NCBI RefSeq assembly: GCF_030144855.1
Contig: NC_082734.1
Coordinates: forward strand, 12,400,001 to 12,464,000
Direction of reading: 5' to 3'
Source: Hypanus sabinus
Lineage: Eukaryota
Length of the DNA: 64,000 nt
Shown here in pieces: positions 12,035 to 24,697 of the stretch; position 1 is the stretch's first letter, and the number at the start of each line of letters is the position of its first letter. The notes under the pieces were generated by a model that did not search any database, was not told where the DNA came from, and was given only the letters and a program-made list of their open reading frames with translations. The translations under genes were made by a program, and so were the position numbers.

Positions 12035-13613
12035 ATGGCTGAGCAACTTCATAGCATCAACCTCCAGAATTTCAGCAGATCCCTTCTGGAAACATTGAAC
12101 TCACAACGTCTGGGTGGCCATTTCTGCGATGTGACAGTGCGTATCCATAACACGGCTCTCCGAGCCCACCGCTGTGTCTTGGCTGCAGCTAGCCCGTTTT
12201 TCCATGACAAACTCTTGCTAGGTTACAGTGAGATTGAGGTCCCGCCTTTGGTCTCAGCCCAGACTCTGCGACGACTGGTTGATTTTATGTACAGTGGGTC
12301 ACTGATGGTCTCCCACGTGGAAGCTCTACAGATCCTCACAGCAGCGAGTGTCCTTCAGATTAAAACCATCATTGATGAGTGTACACGAATTATTTCACAA
12401 AACGCCCCGCAAAAAGCTCAGGGGGACCAGTCATTAGCCAGTCAAAAGCTGGATCTTTCTGATGAGAAAGAAGCTGTCCTTTGCCAGACATCCGGTGACC
12501 AGATCCACAAGTTTCCCATGGGGTTCATTGAAACAACGTTGTCACCCCACTCAGCTGAGAGAGAATTTGACTTTGTTCAGGGATGCTCAAAGAACGCAGC
12601 CTCAACTGATAGCGGGTACAAAGCTGAAGAAATGCTCCCCACTCTGTGCAGGCAACAAACAGCAGCACGCCAGAAGGGAACAGGAGAGCAGGCCACGTCT
12701 GACCAGGAGAACCTGTCGCTCATGGACTCCAGTCGGAACAGTGAGGTGCGTGCACTTTGGTACAATGCTGCAGCCAACCAGCGACCCGAGGTGGGGCTGT
12801 TGCCACAAGGCAGTCACAGTCGCAAGCAGCGGCAGCCAATCAGACTCCAAATGGCTGATGGAAGTGAAGTGACCATCAAAGAGGAGGATGATGATCTTCT
12901 TTACTGTGGGGAGAACATCACTGCACAGACTGTCTCCAATCAAACCACAGAGCAGGTCAACCAGGGCGAACAGACTGAGGAAGTCCCCGAAGCAAATGCC
13001 TTTGACCCCAACCAGACTGCAGTGGGAGACCGAAGAGACTCTGGCAGTCATCTGAGTTTGAGCAACAAAGGGGAAGAGATGGAATTTTTCAATGCTAGTG
13101 ACCTCTTACCGGATGAACTGAAGTCATTCTGGCAAGGAGAGAAAGAGGAGAAGGACACTGCCATACAGCAAAATCGCAAAATGGACTGCAAGTCACAGCT
13201 TGAGGCCTCATTCCCGCGGTCTTCAACATTTATACAAGACTTCCTTCCAGGTTCTACCATGCAATCCAACCTACGTAACCAGGGCTGCTCTGCACAATAT
13301 GAAGTTCAAGGAGATGCCACCGTGGCCAGCACAACTACTCACCGCAATCTCTACCAAATTGGCCTTCCCCAGTCTCCTCACCTTCCAACGTTGGCCTCCA
13401 CTTCCCAAACCTGTATGTCCAGCATTCCGGCTCAGACAACATGTCAGAATCCCCCGGTATTCCCAGATGGAGTCCAAGCAGTGCCAGCTCCAGCTCCAGC
13501 TCCAGCCAGCCAGGTTCCCAGTGAAGCTGAGCGGAAACCCTATGGATGCACACAATGTGGGAAGACTTTCAGCTCCAGACAGAACTATGCCAAGCACATG
13601 TTTGTTCACACAG
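12035..13613 (+). CDS. ZBTB45: ZBTB45-like, coding exon 1 (BTB domain, linker, first C2H2 finger)
   Basis: LQNFSRSLLETLNSQRLGGHFCDVTVRI..AHRCVLAA.SPFF.DKLLLG matches the ZBTB45 BTB. Finger CTQCGKTFSSRQNYAKHMFVH. Acceptor TTGCAG at 12006, donor CAG|GTAGGT at 13614. Confidence 0.9.
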
Positions 13614-13682
13614 GTAGGTTCAAAGTGATTGTTCCCTTTAATTTAAACTAAGTATTTTAGGTCCTCCTATAGAAATGTTATG

Positions 13683-14093
13683 CTCCAAGAGGACCACAAC
13701 CTTGTCATTGGGTTTGGAGTCTTGTGTGCTTCAATGACCTGGATAGCTATGTAGGATGGAGTCAGGGCTTTATGCTTTGGCTCTTGGTGGGTCATTCATC
13801 CCAAACAGGTCAAAGGGTTGAGGACAGACTAAGAGTGGCCCACCGGTCCTCCAGGTTTGGGGGTCCAGCTCAGGGCAGACAACCCTGATGGTAAGATTGT
13901 TACAGAAACAGCAATGAAGAATCCGTCTACATCTGAGTGTGACGGTATTCCTGACTCTCCACCCAGGACTTGCATGACTGATAGTAGTGAAAACCACGAG
14001 GAAGCTACAGACACGATGAAGGAAGCCCTGAACACCGCCAGAGATGGAGGACCTTCATTCTTCCTGGAACGCCGGCAGTGTAATGGGCAGTTA
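13683..14093 (+). mobile_element. RTE-derived non-autonomous element (inverted copies at ~8508-8830, ~14476-14959, ~31516-31920)
   Basis: Shared 5' CTCCAAGAGGACCACAACCTTG and 3' tail GATGGAGGACCTTCATT..GTAATGGGCAGT across four copies. Confidence 0.6.
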
Positions 14094-15327
14094 CATTCCA
14101 CAGCACAGAAAGAAGCCAATCTTTATCCATGGCAGTTTTGTGTAGAGCAAGAATGTGTCTCACTTTGCTCCTCTTATCCCAGAGCCTTGCAATTCAGTTT
14201 CTCCCCCAAATGTTTAATTATTCCCTGTTTGACCTCTGTTTGTACCTTCCTCAAAGTTGGTTAATTAGTTAAAAAAAAAATAAAAACACAAAATGCTGGC
14301 AGAACTCAGCAGGCCAGACAGGAGACCTGACCTCCTGATAAAGGGTTTCGGCCCGAAACGTTGTGACTACCTCCTCCCATAGATGCTGTCTGGCCTGCTG
14401 AGTTCTGCTGGCATTTCGTGTTTTTATTTATTTCCAGCATCTGCAGATTCACTCGTGTTGCCTTTGGTTAATTAGTTACTGTTCATTACGCTGCCTGCTT
14501 TTAGGGCAACTATGAAGGTACTTCATCTCTGTTTGTCCTTGACCGTCTTCTCTATTGTGCCCCAGGTGCTATTCAGGATTCTCATTTCTGCATCTGCAGC
14601 GCAGCATCAAGTTGTCTTTGGTTTCCCGCATTTCCTCTGCCCTTCAGGGGTTCAGTGAATTGCTGTCTGAATTATGAAGTTGGCCTCTCTGCTGATACAG
14701 TCCAAAACCCAAATTTGGTCTTGGTCTTGGCAGTGTTCAGGGCTTCCTTCCATATTTATTTTACCTGTCTGGGTTGTTTGCCAGTCGAGGACCTGTGGGT
14801 CACTCTTAGCCTGGCCTCAATCCTTTGACCAGTTTGGCATGGGTAACTCTAACAAGAGTCAAAGCATAAAGACTTGAATCCAACCAACATAGCTCTCCAG
14901 ATCATTGAGACACCCGAGCCTCCAAACCCTACGACAAGGTTTTGGTCCACTTGGAGGACCTTCCTCAAAGGTAGTGATCTAAATCATACTTAGCATTTTT
15001 AGAAAGAAACTATGTCCTTGCATCCCCCTGGGATTTTTTCACTGTAACTGTAAATCTGCAAATGCTTGTCCTTGAATTATCCACTAATAACAACAGCTTT
15101 TATTTCTGTTTATCCTGCCTAAGGCTGTCAACCAAAGCTCTCAACATTCAAAAACAACCTCAGTTTCTTCATCCTAACTTTGTTACTGAAATTCCTAACC
15201 TCTACAACTGTTAAACATTTTCTGCTGGATTTTCACATCCTTCTTATGGGAACCAGAAATGGACACAAGATTCCACTTGTAGCCCTAGTAATTTATCCCA
15301 ACTTGGCAATCCATTTGTCACTATAGT

Positions 15328-15728
15328 AGGGGATATCATCAGTGCGCTGTTCACTTGTGGCATGTCCTCCAAATGCTCGGCCATTATATTCTTATCACAT
15401 AGTTGATAGGTCATCATTACAGAAACTCATTTGTGATGTAGGGAGAGGATCTCGTTGACAGATGGCTGCGTGGCAAACTCTGTGCGTTGTCTAGAATTTT
15501 TGCTCGCATTGGCTTATAAATGGGATTGAGGTCTACATGTCTGTTTATAGAATTATTTCCAGGAGGCCACACTTCTAGGAATTCTCTAGCATGCCGCCAT
15601 GACTTTCACTGATGCTCAGTCAAATTCAAGTTTCCGTAATAATGACCAGTCAACTAATTGATAAGTATATAATGGCCGAGCATTCCAAGGACACACCACA
15701 AGTGGACTGCACACTGATGGTGTCTCCT
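15328..15728. repeat. Fold-back inverted repeat: 100-bp gap-free arms (15328-15427 / 15629-15728), 201-bp spacer
   Basis: Manual alignment gives 82/100 Watson-Crick pairs, including a perfect 18-bp block AATGCTCGGCCATTATAT / ATATAATGGCCGAGCATT. Confidence 0.9.
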
Positions 15729-18700
15729 TGCATGATGACGGAATGTTTGCAAATAGATCAACCACCTGAGCTACACATTTTCCAAGTTATTTCCAAAGTT
15801 TATCCTAACATCCTTGCTTTTGTATTCCGTGTCTTTGATGTAACTACATTTACTTTGTTAATGCTCTCTCAGTAAGAACTGCCACTTTCAAGGATTTTTG
15901 TACTGTGTCCCTGGGTTCCTGAACACCATTTAAAAATGCCACACATTATAGTCTCTCCTCAATCTTTCTGCCAAACTCCATGGCCTTATACATTCCTGAG
16001 GAAGGGTCTCGGCCCAAAATATCGATTTCATCTCCATAGATGCTGCCTAACCTGCTGAGTTCCTCCAGATTTTTGCGTGTGTTGCCTTGCTTTATAGGCG
16101 TTGCTTCTCATTTGTCACCTGTGCACTTTACTTGAGCTCACTCTTAATCCCCTGAGTTCTGTGGCTTTTGCAGACTGAAATTTATCTAACTCAAAACCTT
16201 ATCTAACTCAAAACAAAACAATGGTCCCAACACTGATTCTGGGGAACAGCAATGCTAACAATCCTCCATTCTGGAAAAAAATACAACTTATTTTAATTAA
16301 TTCTATCACTATGCAATGTTATCAAGATTGGATTAAGTAATAAGTCTTAATGAATATTGGAAAATATAAAAATAAAACTCCTTCCCAACCTTTGTGACAC
16401 AATTTTTAAAAATTCTTTCCTTGATCCTTGATGAGACCCAGGCTCCAAAGATAGCAACTATCATTGACATCCAGGTGCCACAAACACTGACTGAAGAGTT
16501 CCAAAGACACTAGCTAGAATTCAGTTCCACAATCACTGACTCTAGGTGACGGATTCCCCACGCACTGACTATCTTTGGTATACGGTGTTCAAAATTAGTG
16601 ACTCTCACTTGAGGTAATATTCCACAGATGCTGACTCTCACTATGGTATAGGCTTCACTAACATCAGGATATTAGTCAACAGGCCATTGATCTGTTGGGT
16701 TCATTGGTCCACTGGATCACCTAACCTCTCTCAGTAATAACTAAAATGTGATTCATGTTGGGAACCCTACTACCGTGAGCAACTTAGGATGTGGCTCTGG
16801 GGAAATCCCTGTGACCTACCCTTTACCATGTGTTTTCTGTGAATTTGCATGGCAGCTGCATTAAATACTTGGTTCCAAAACTAAAGGAGGTAAACTTTAA
16901 CACAGGTAGTTATCTCTGTAACATCTGCTGTGACCAAAGGGATCTGGGTAACCTGTGGACAGCTGTGCCTGTTACACTCAGCAGTAACGTGGGATTAGAA
17001 GGACAAAAATTCAAAGTAGATTTTATTACCAGAGTAGATGTATGTCGCCATATACAACCCTAAGATCCATTTTCCTGAGGGCATACTCTGCAAATCTATA
17101 GAATAGCAACTAAAGCAGGATCAAGTGCAGTAGACAACAAACTGTGCAAATGCAAATATAAATAAATAGCAATAGATAGCAAGAATGTGAAACAGCAAGA
17201 TAGGGCATCCTTAAGGTGAGATCATTGGTTGTGGGAATATCTCAATGGATGGACAAGTGAGTGTAATTTGTTCAAGAGCCCGATGGTTGAGGGGTAGTAA
17301 CTGTTCCTGAATCTGCTGGTTCAAGTCCTGAGGCACTCGTACCTTCTACCTGATGGCAGCAACAAGAAGAGAGCACAGCCTGGGTGGTGAGGATCTCTGA
17401 TGATGGACCCTGCTTTTCTATGACTATGTTTCATGTAGATGTGTTCAATGGCTGGGAGGCCTTTACCCGTGATGTATGAAGAGATAACTGTTGGTGTTAG
17501 TAAATGGGGAGGAACGTGACTCTTCCAACATATGGTTCAAAGTGAGTACTGCACATGGTCAGTCCACCTTTGCAGTGTTCTCATGTTCTGAGTGTACAAT
17601 GAATCCATTCGATGTTACTGAAAAGCAAAAGATGCTTGAAGCTTGAATGGCCAGAAGCACAGATGGAAATGTATGAAGAGTTCCCCAGTTTTCAGACTGA
17701 GGAATGAACAATGAAGTAAGAACCAGTGAATTTCTTAGGTGCCTGTAAGGAAAGCAACCAGTCACAAATGTTAAAGTGCCAACAATCAAGAGTCTTATTC
17801 AAAATATTGATTGGAATTATAGAAAGACCACAGTACAGTACCACCACTGCCAACTAGCATTGTGGTTAGCACAACGTTTTATAGTACGAGTGACCTGGCT
17901 GTTCAATTCCTGCCACAGCCTGTAAGGAATTCATATGTTCTCTGGTAACTGTGTTTTCTCCAGGTGCTCTGGTTTCCTCCCACAGACCAAAGATGTACCA
18001 GCTGGTAGGCTACCTGATCATTGTAAATTGTCCCATGAATAGGCTGGTGTTATATTGGGGGTTGTTGGGCAGCGTGGCTGAAGGATTGGAAGGGCCTATT
18101 TCACGCTATATCTCAATAAATAAATAAACTCTACCAGAGCAAATCATTAGTTTCAACCCCCAACTCCTCAAAAGATAAGCAGTCACTGGGGGAAGCACCT
18201 TGTTCTTTGAGCTAGTTGTGTGGGATCTTTTATATTCATCTAAAAGAGCAGACTGAACCTTGGTTTGGCAATTAATCTGAAAGACAGCATCTTCAAGGGT
18301 GCAGCAGAGTGGAGTGTTAGCCATTTTCTAAAATTTATTGAGATTCAGCGTGGAATAGGTCCTCCTGGCCCTTCAAGCCATGCTGCCCAACGACCCCCGG
18401 TATAACCCTAGCCTAATCACAGGGCAATTTACAGTGACCAATTAACCTACCAACCGGTGTATCTTTGTATTGTGGGAGGGACCCAGAGGTAGGAATTGAA
18501 CCCCGGTCACTGGTAATGTAAAACATTGTGCGAAGTGTTATTTAAATCCATGAGCTCTTGACTTGAGTGAGAGAACTAACCAGTAATTTCTAGCATGAAT
18601 TTTTTCTTATATAGCATGGAGTAGGCCCTTCTGGCCCTTTGAGCCATGCTGCCAGAAAACCCCAACCTAACCCTAGCCTATTCATGGGGAAACCAACTAC

Positions 18701-20033
18701 CCTACTGTCCGGTACGTCTTCGGGCTGTGGGAGGAAACTGGAGCACCTGGAAAAAACACATGCGTTCACAGAGAGGACATACATGCTTAGTTCCCTCTGA
18801 GCTGTGTGGGTGCACAGCCACTTTGTAGACACACACAGTTGGAGTTTTCTTATGTATAATATTAATTTAAAGTACCACACAGTTTTCAGGCCATGTAAAA
18901 ATTTCCTGCTGAGAGCAAAAGTTGGTTTACACAACTGTTTAAAACAAAAAGAACATTGCAGAGGACGCCGGGATTGAACTCCTAACTCTTGACATCCCGA
19001 GCTGTAATGGCGTCACACTAGCCGCTATGCCACCGTTATACTATGATACAAAGAGAATGTGTAATAGGTGGAACACAAGGAATGAAAGTAAATGTTTATG
19101 TAGAATAATAGATTCCTGTGAATAATCAAGTTCAATTCTGCAAATGCTTGAAGATGTCAGTTCCTTCAAATCAGTTGTCCGCATTTGTAACACTTTGCTC
19201 ATTATTAATTTAGTTGCCATTACCAGCTCCTTGGCTGGTCTTGCAGTACTAATTGTGCAAATTCTCAGTATCTTCCCTCTCCTCTCTTGAAGGAATACAT
19301 AAACTCAGGTCTGGTGTTCTGCCAAGTCACCATCGGTCCTTTAAGCGTAGTACTTAGTTGCAGGACATCTCTCGCCAGGCCTGACATTTGACCATTTCCC
19401 AGCTGTGATGGCCAGTAGTCAGCACAGGACCTGCCTGCCTCTTGGCCTCTCCCTAACCCTGGGGTTGATGATACTACCCTCGTGCAAAGGGGGATGAGAG
19501 GCAAACTTGATCGAGGTGTGTGAGGTGATAGAGGCATAGATAGAACAGCCAACACATTTCTCCCAGGCGGCAATGGCTTTTTACCAGAAGACATCTTTTT
19601 AAGGTCATTGGAGGAAAATTTATAGTTAGGTCTGTTTACACAGAGATTGGCGGGTGCCTGGAACACATTGCCCAGGGTCACGATAGAGTCTTATACCATA
19701 GGGACATGTAAGAGACTCTTAGAAGGCACATGGATGAAAGGATACAGGGTTATGTGCTGTGTAGGAGGGAAGTGTTACATTAACCTTGGAGCAGATTAAA
19801 AAGGTTGGCACACCACTGAGGGCCAAGGGGTCGGTACTCAACTATGTTCCATGTGCGTGCAGACTCTAGGGTAGGAAGGTTTGTGTGAATTTGTGGGCAG
19901 TTTGCCTCATTTTCACACCGTTGGTGTGTTAATGCAGCTTTCACTGCTGACTTAGTGGTTTTGATCGCTGTTATTTTGTGCAGTTGAAGTCTCTGATTTA
20001 CTGACGTCTTTCCTCTCCCCACCTCCTCCGCAG

Positions 20034-20290
20034 GTGAGAAACCTCATCAGTGCAGTGTTTGCTGGCGTTCATTCTCGCTCAGGGACTACTTGATAAAACA
20101 CATGGTAACACACACAGGCGTGCGAGCGTACCAGTGCCCAGTGTGTAATAAACGCTTTACTCAAAAGAGTTCCCTCAACGTGCACATGCGGCTCCACCGT
20201 GGCGAGAAGGCCTTCGAGTGTCACGTCTGTAACAAACGTTTCTCGCACAAGACTCTGCTGGAGAGGCACATGGTCACACACATAATATAA
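20034..20290 (+). CDS. ZBTB45: ZBTB45-like, last coding exon (C2H2 fingers 2-4); total protein 611 aa
   Basis: Polypyrimidine tract plus CCGCAG acceptor; phase 1 gives [61 protein letters not shown]-stop. Confidence 0.92.
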
Positions 20291-22006
20291 ACACCAGGTG
20301 ACGAGGCCCGGGCCATACAATTTCCACACCAGTTTGCCAGGGAAAGATTGACGTACTCGGCAAACCCATGCCTCATGCACCAAGGAGTTTTAGCCAAGGA
20401 TATAAACCAGCCTTTGTGTGAACACAGTTAGGAAGAGGTAGACATCGTAAAACTGGGAATAGCTTAACCTTCCACTGCATCCCCACCCCAGCCTTGACAA
20501 GTAATTTTCAAACACAGCTCAGAGTGGCTGCATTAAACCTGGATGATGCTCAGGCAACACAGACAGGAGGTGCCTAACTCCTGGCTCTATGTTGAGGTAA
20601 CTCATTTGAACCACCGTTGGTCAGAGAGAGGAAACCTGCAGAGTGCACTAGCTATTAGATGTTCTGATGAGTTCAGCTTGACTGTGATGCATCTGAACAG
20701 ATCAGAGAACTATCACATTCAGTAGAGGGGGATAAAGAACCTACTTGTGTTTCACAGACCTTAACCTGCAGTACTGTAGTACACAATATAAAAGCATCTT
20801 GCTTTTACATAGTGCCTTTATTGGAGCAAAATATCCCCAGGTGCTTCACAGAAACATTTCTAAACCAAAACTAATACCTATCTAAGTCAGTAAAGCTTGG
20901 TGCAAATAACTAAAGGCTTTGTCAACAAGTAGGTTTTAAACAGCATTTTTGAAGGAGTTAAGGGAGAGGCAGAAATTTAGGAAGGGAATTCCAGACTAGA
21001 GGCTCAGACAGCTGAAGTCCCAGCTTGGCAGCAGAATGAGTAAATGCAGGGATGATTAAGAGGACAGAACTGGAGTAGAGAAATCCCTGAGGGAATGAGG
21101 AGGGGGGGGTGAACACATCAAGGGTATTTTAAATGAGGTATTGCTTAACTGGGGCCCAACGTGGATCAGCAAGCACAGGATTGACGTGTGAGTGGACTCA
21201 GCAGGAGATCCCATGAGAGGCCAACTAGAAGACTGTTGGGTTAATCGGGAATGGAAGTGACAAAGGCAGAATGGTGAGACTGCCGTAATAGAGATCGATA
21301 AGTCAAGGTTGCTCAGCTAATTGCCATTTAAATGCAGTGGCTTCTGGAGTTCCCTTCCAGTCCTTAAATTACATCTTATTCCACTTACTGACCTCTGCTA
21401 AGTTGAGTAGGTGCTCTTTTTCTTCATATTTTTTTATATACCTCAGTTAAATCTCCCCTTGGCCTCTATTCCAAAATAAATGAATCCAATTTGGCCAAAC
21501 TTTCCTCACAATTGTCAAGTGCATCTCTGTTAATATATCTTAATAACCTCTTCTACACTTTACTGCACTTTCACCGCCTCCCCCTAGTCTGTTAACCACA
21601 TCTGTACAAATGCTCCTGCTGTGGCTTCATTAATATTTTAGGCAGTTCAAGTGTGACCTTCCAGCTTGTATATCCACTGGAATAAAGAATAAGACCATGC
21701 TTTCCAGCTGAGCCACGGTAGTGGATATAACAAGTTGAACAGCCTGTGGCCTTTGACTGTCCATGTTGTGTGATGAATGGACCAATTGGACAATGTATCA
21801 AAGGTCATGTAGGGGTGAACTTACCAGCAGGATGTATTCAGAGTGACACATGGTTAAATGACCAGGTGGAACTCCTGTGCAGAGAAGTCACAGATCCTTT
21901 GGGAAAAAATCGAATGATGTTAAAGTTTGGGACATTCACCAATCAGTTTTTCATCAACTGAGTAATTATCTGCTCTTGGTAAAGGCTTAAGTGAGGGACC
22001 AATTTA

Positions 22007-22783
22007 CAGTGGATTCCAGTTAATTGGGACAAATCAGGACCACTACAGTTTGGCCCAATTAAGCAGCTACGCTGCTCTGTCAAAATTTCAAGGAAATAGT
22101 TAAAAAGTTATAAAACAAAAGACAAACTGAAGTTTAACCAAATAACAAATTATGTACATAAATGAAGTACAGAACAAATCGGAACGCTATTAATACTGCT
22201 ACAATACAGTACTATAAAACTATGTATTACTTCCTAATATTTATCTATGGAGGAAATAATCCAGTATACGCTGCTGTGTTCTATTGATTGACTGTAACTG
22301 AACAAAATGAACAAATGCCTAAATACAGATAATGGACTCACTTCACACAATACTTTTGATGATTGTCGATACCTTCAAATTCTCTGTACTTCCTAACTTG
22401 CTGAAGTAGTGAAATCTTTTCATTTTCACTCTTGGCCGTTTCTGGCATCTCTGTGCTTGAAGCCAGTGAGAAAAGCAGTTCAGAATTGTTTCTTGCCAGC
22501 TGTCCGTGACAAAAATCACTGCTTTTAAGAACACACACAACTGACATTATTTAAAAACTTCGCTCTAAGCATGGTGTAGTGTCTAATGGCCACAAATTGC
22601 ACATGATTGACACTAGTTAGAAACTATTCGGCAACAGTCTCCTGTCCTAATTAAGTGGCATAGTGTCCCGAATAAACGAAAGAACCCCCGGCTAGTTTCA
22701 CAATTATTTTTTGTTCTTTGAGAGTTGTCCCAAATGAGCTGCTGCCCCGATTAACTAATGGCCCAATTCACTGGAATCCACTG
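22007..22783. mobile_element. Tigger/pogo-like non-autonomous DNA transposon
   Basis: TIR CAGTGGATTCCAGTTAATTGGG / CCCAATTCACTGGAATCCACTG; TA on the left, TG on the right. Confidence 0.75.
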
Positions 22784-23317
22784 TGTTTAATTTTTCAGCT
22801 GATAATTGGACAATCAGCCACTTCAGCTTTGCCTTTCCTAATATTTTGACTGCTGTCTGAAATATGATTTCAAAATTAATAAAATGTGGCACTTGAATAT
22901 AATCACTGTTAAGAGTGAAGCCCAGACTGGTAGCTTGACATTTGCAGTCTCCATCCTTGCTGCATGTCATGTTTTCCTAAAGCTGTTGCAAGGGTTATTT
23001 GTCTTGCCTCTTATTTGATGGTAATATCACAGTAGTCACAGCCCAGCCACAATCCCAGTTCATCCAACAGTGTAAGCATTTAATACTCATTCAGAATCAG
23101 GTTCAATATTACCTGCATATATTGTGAAATGTGTTGCAGTACATTAAATACATAAAAAACATTACAGTAAAGATATATCTATATTTAAAAAGTAGTTCAT
23201 TGGTTCAATGTTCATTCAGATACCTGATGGCAGAAGGGAAGACGCTATTTCTGAATTGTTGAGTGTGTGCCTTGACAATTTTCTTTGAACACACCTGCCA
23301 GCTGCCTCCAGATCAGG

Positions 23318-24697
23318 GTAACTGGGGCTGCAAGATTCTTTGTGGCTGTAGTTTTATTCTCCCTTTCAAAGTGTGCACAAGTGGCGCTGAGCTTATCTGG
23401 GAGTGAAGCATCACTGCTATTCATGACATCAAGCTTTGCTTTATAGGAAGCAATGGCCTGAAAACCCTGCCGGATTTGACGTGCATCCGATTCTCCCTCT
23501 AACCTCGTTCGGAATTGTTCTTGAGATAGCCCTCCACAAGTCGTACCTGGCCGCCTTGTGTAGTCCACGGCTTTTGGTTGGAGTATGTACAGTATGTTCT
23601 CGTAGGCACACATGTTTTAGTGAAGTCGGTGACAACTGTGGCGTAGTCATTCAGACTGGAAGACAAATCCCTGAAAGTGGTCCAGGCCACCGACTCAAAG
23701 CAGTTCTGTAAGCGCTCCAGCACCTCCGTTGTCCATACCTTCTTGGTTCTCATAACTCATGCTGCGGGTTTCAGTCTCTGCCTGATACTCAGGAAGCAGA
23801 ACTACAGCCAGGTCATCAGAGTTTATAAAGTGTGGCGTGGGGCGGCACGGGAAGCGTTCTTGATGGTAGTATAACAATGGTCCAGTGTGTTGGCTCCTCT
23901 GGTTCCACAAGCGATATGTTGGTAATAACTGTTAAAAGACTTTTCCAGACTGGCCTGGTTAAAATGCCCCAAAATGATAGAGAAGGCATCAGGATGGGCT
24001 CTTTCATGTCTGTTGATTACGTTGCTCAGTTATCTATCGCCTGTTCGACCCGGGCTTGAGGTGGGATGTACACCGCTACCAAGATTATGGCTGAAAACTC
24101 CGGCGGCAGGTAAAATGGACTGCACTCGATCGCGAGATGTTCCAGGTCAGGTGAGCAGGACTGGGACAGCACCGCCACACTTGTACACCACAAGGAATTG
24201 ATCATAAACCACACTCCACCTCCTGTGCCGTTGAGAGACTCAGCAGTCCAGACTTGGCGGTGAATTGTGAAGCCCTCGACTTTTATCTCTGCCTCCGGAA
24301 CGGAGGGGGATAACTAAGACTCCGTGAAACAAAAAACACAAAAGGTTCTAATGTCCTTCTGGTTCAGCAATCCTGCTTTTAGACTGTACGTTTACCAGCA
24401 GAATAGTCGGTATTGCGAGTCGAAAACCATACTTCTTTAAAGGAACTTTTATACCACAGGGGGAACCTCTCTATCGCCGTCTTAAAGGGACATCGCGAAA
24501 GAGACCAGAGTCCGTTCGAGTTTCGTCGACTTTGAGTATCGACAGAATTTTTAACCGACTTAAAACAGTATTACTTACTACATTGTTCATTGCTGTAGCC
24601 GTGGATTTCAGCTGTAGTAGTCTTAAACGGGAATATTTGATGGTTTCCATCACAGCTGCTCGCACAAGTGGGTTTCTTAATGACGCCCCGGAAGTTA
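23318..24697 (-). mobile_element. Rex1/Babar-like LINE 5' portion (APE endonuclease), RT absent
   Basis: Frameshifted fragments SCSPDLEHLAIECSPFYLPPEFSAIILVAVYIPPQA, LERLQNCFESVAW and YSNQKPW. Confidence 0.75.

Noticed and set aside
16478-16645. Recurrent CCAC..CACTGACT motif
   Set aside because: Irregular spacing and low identity; it looks like a decayed minisatellite.
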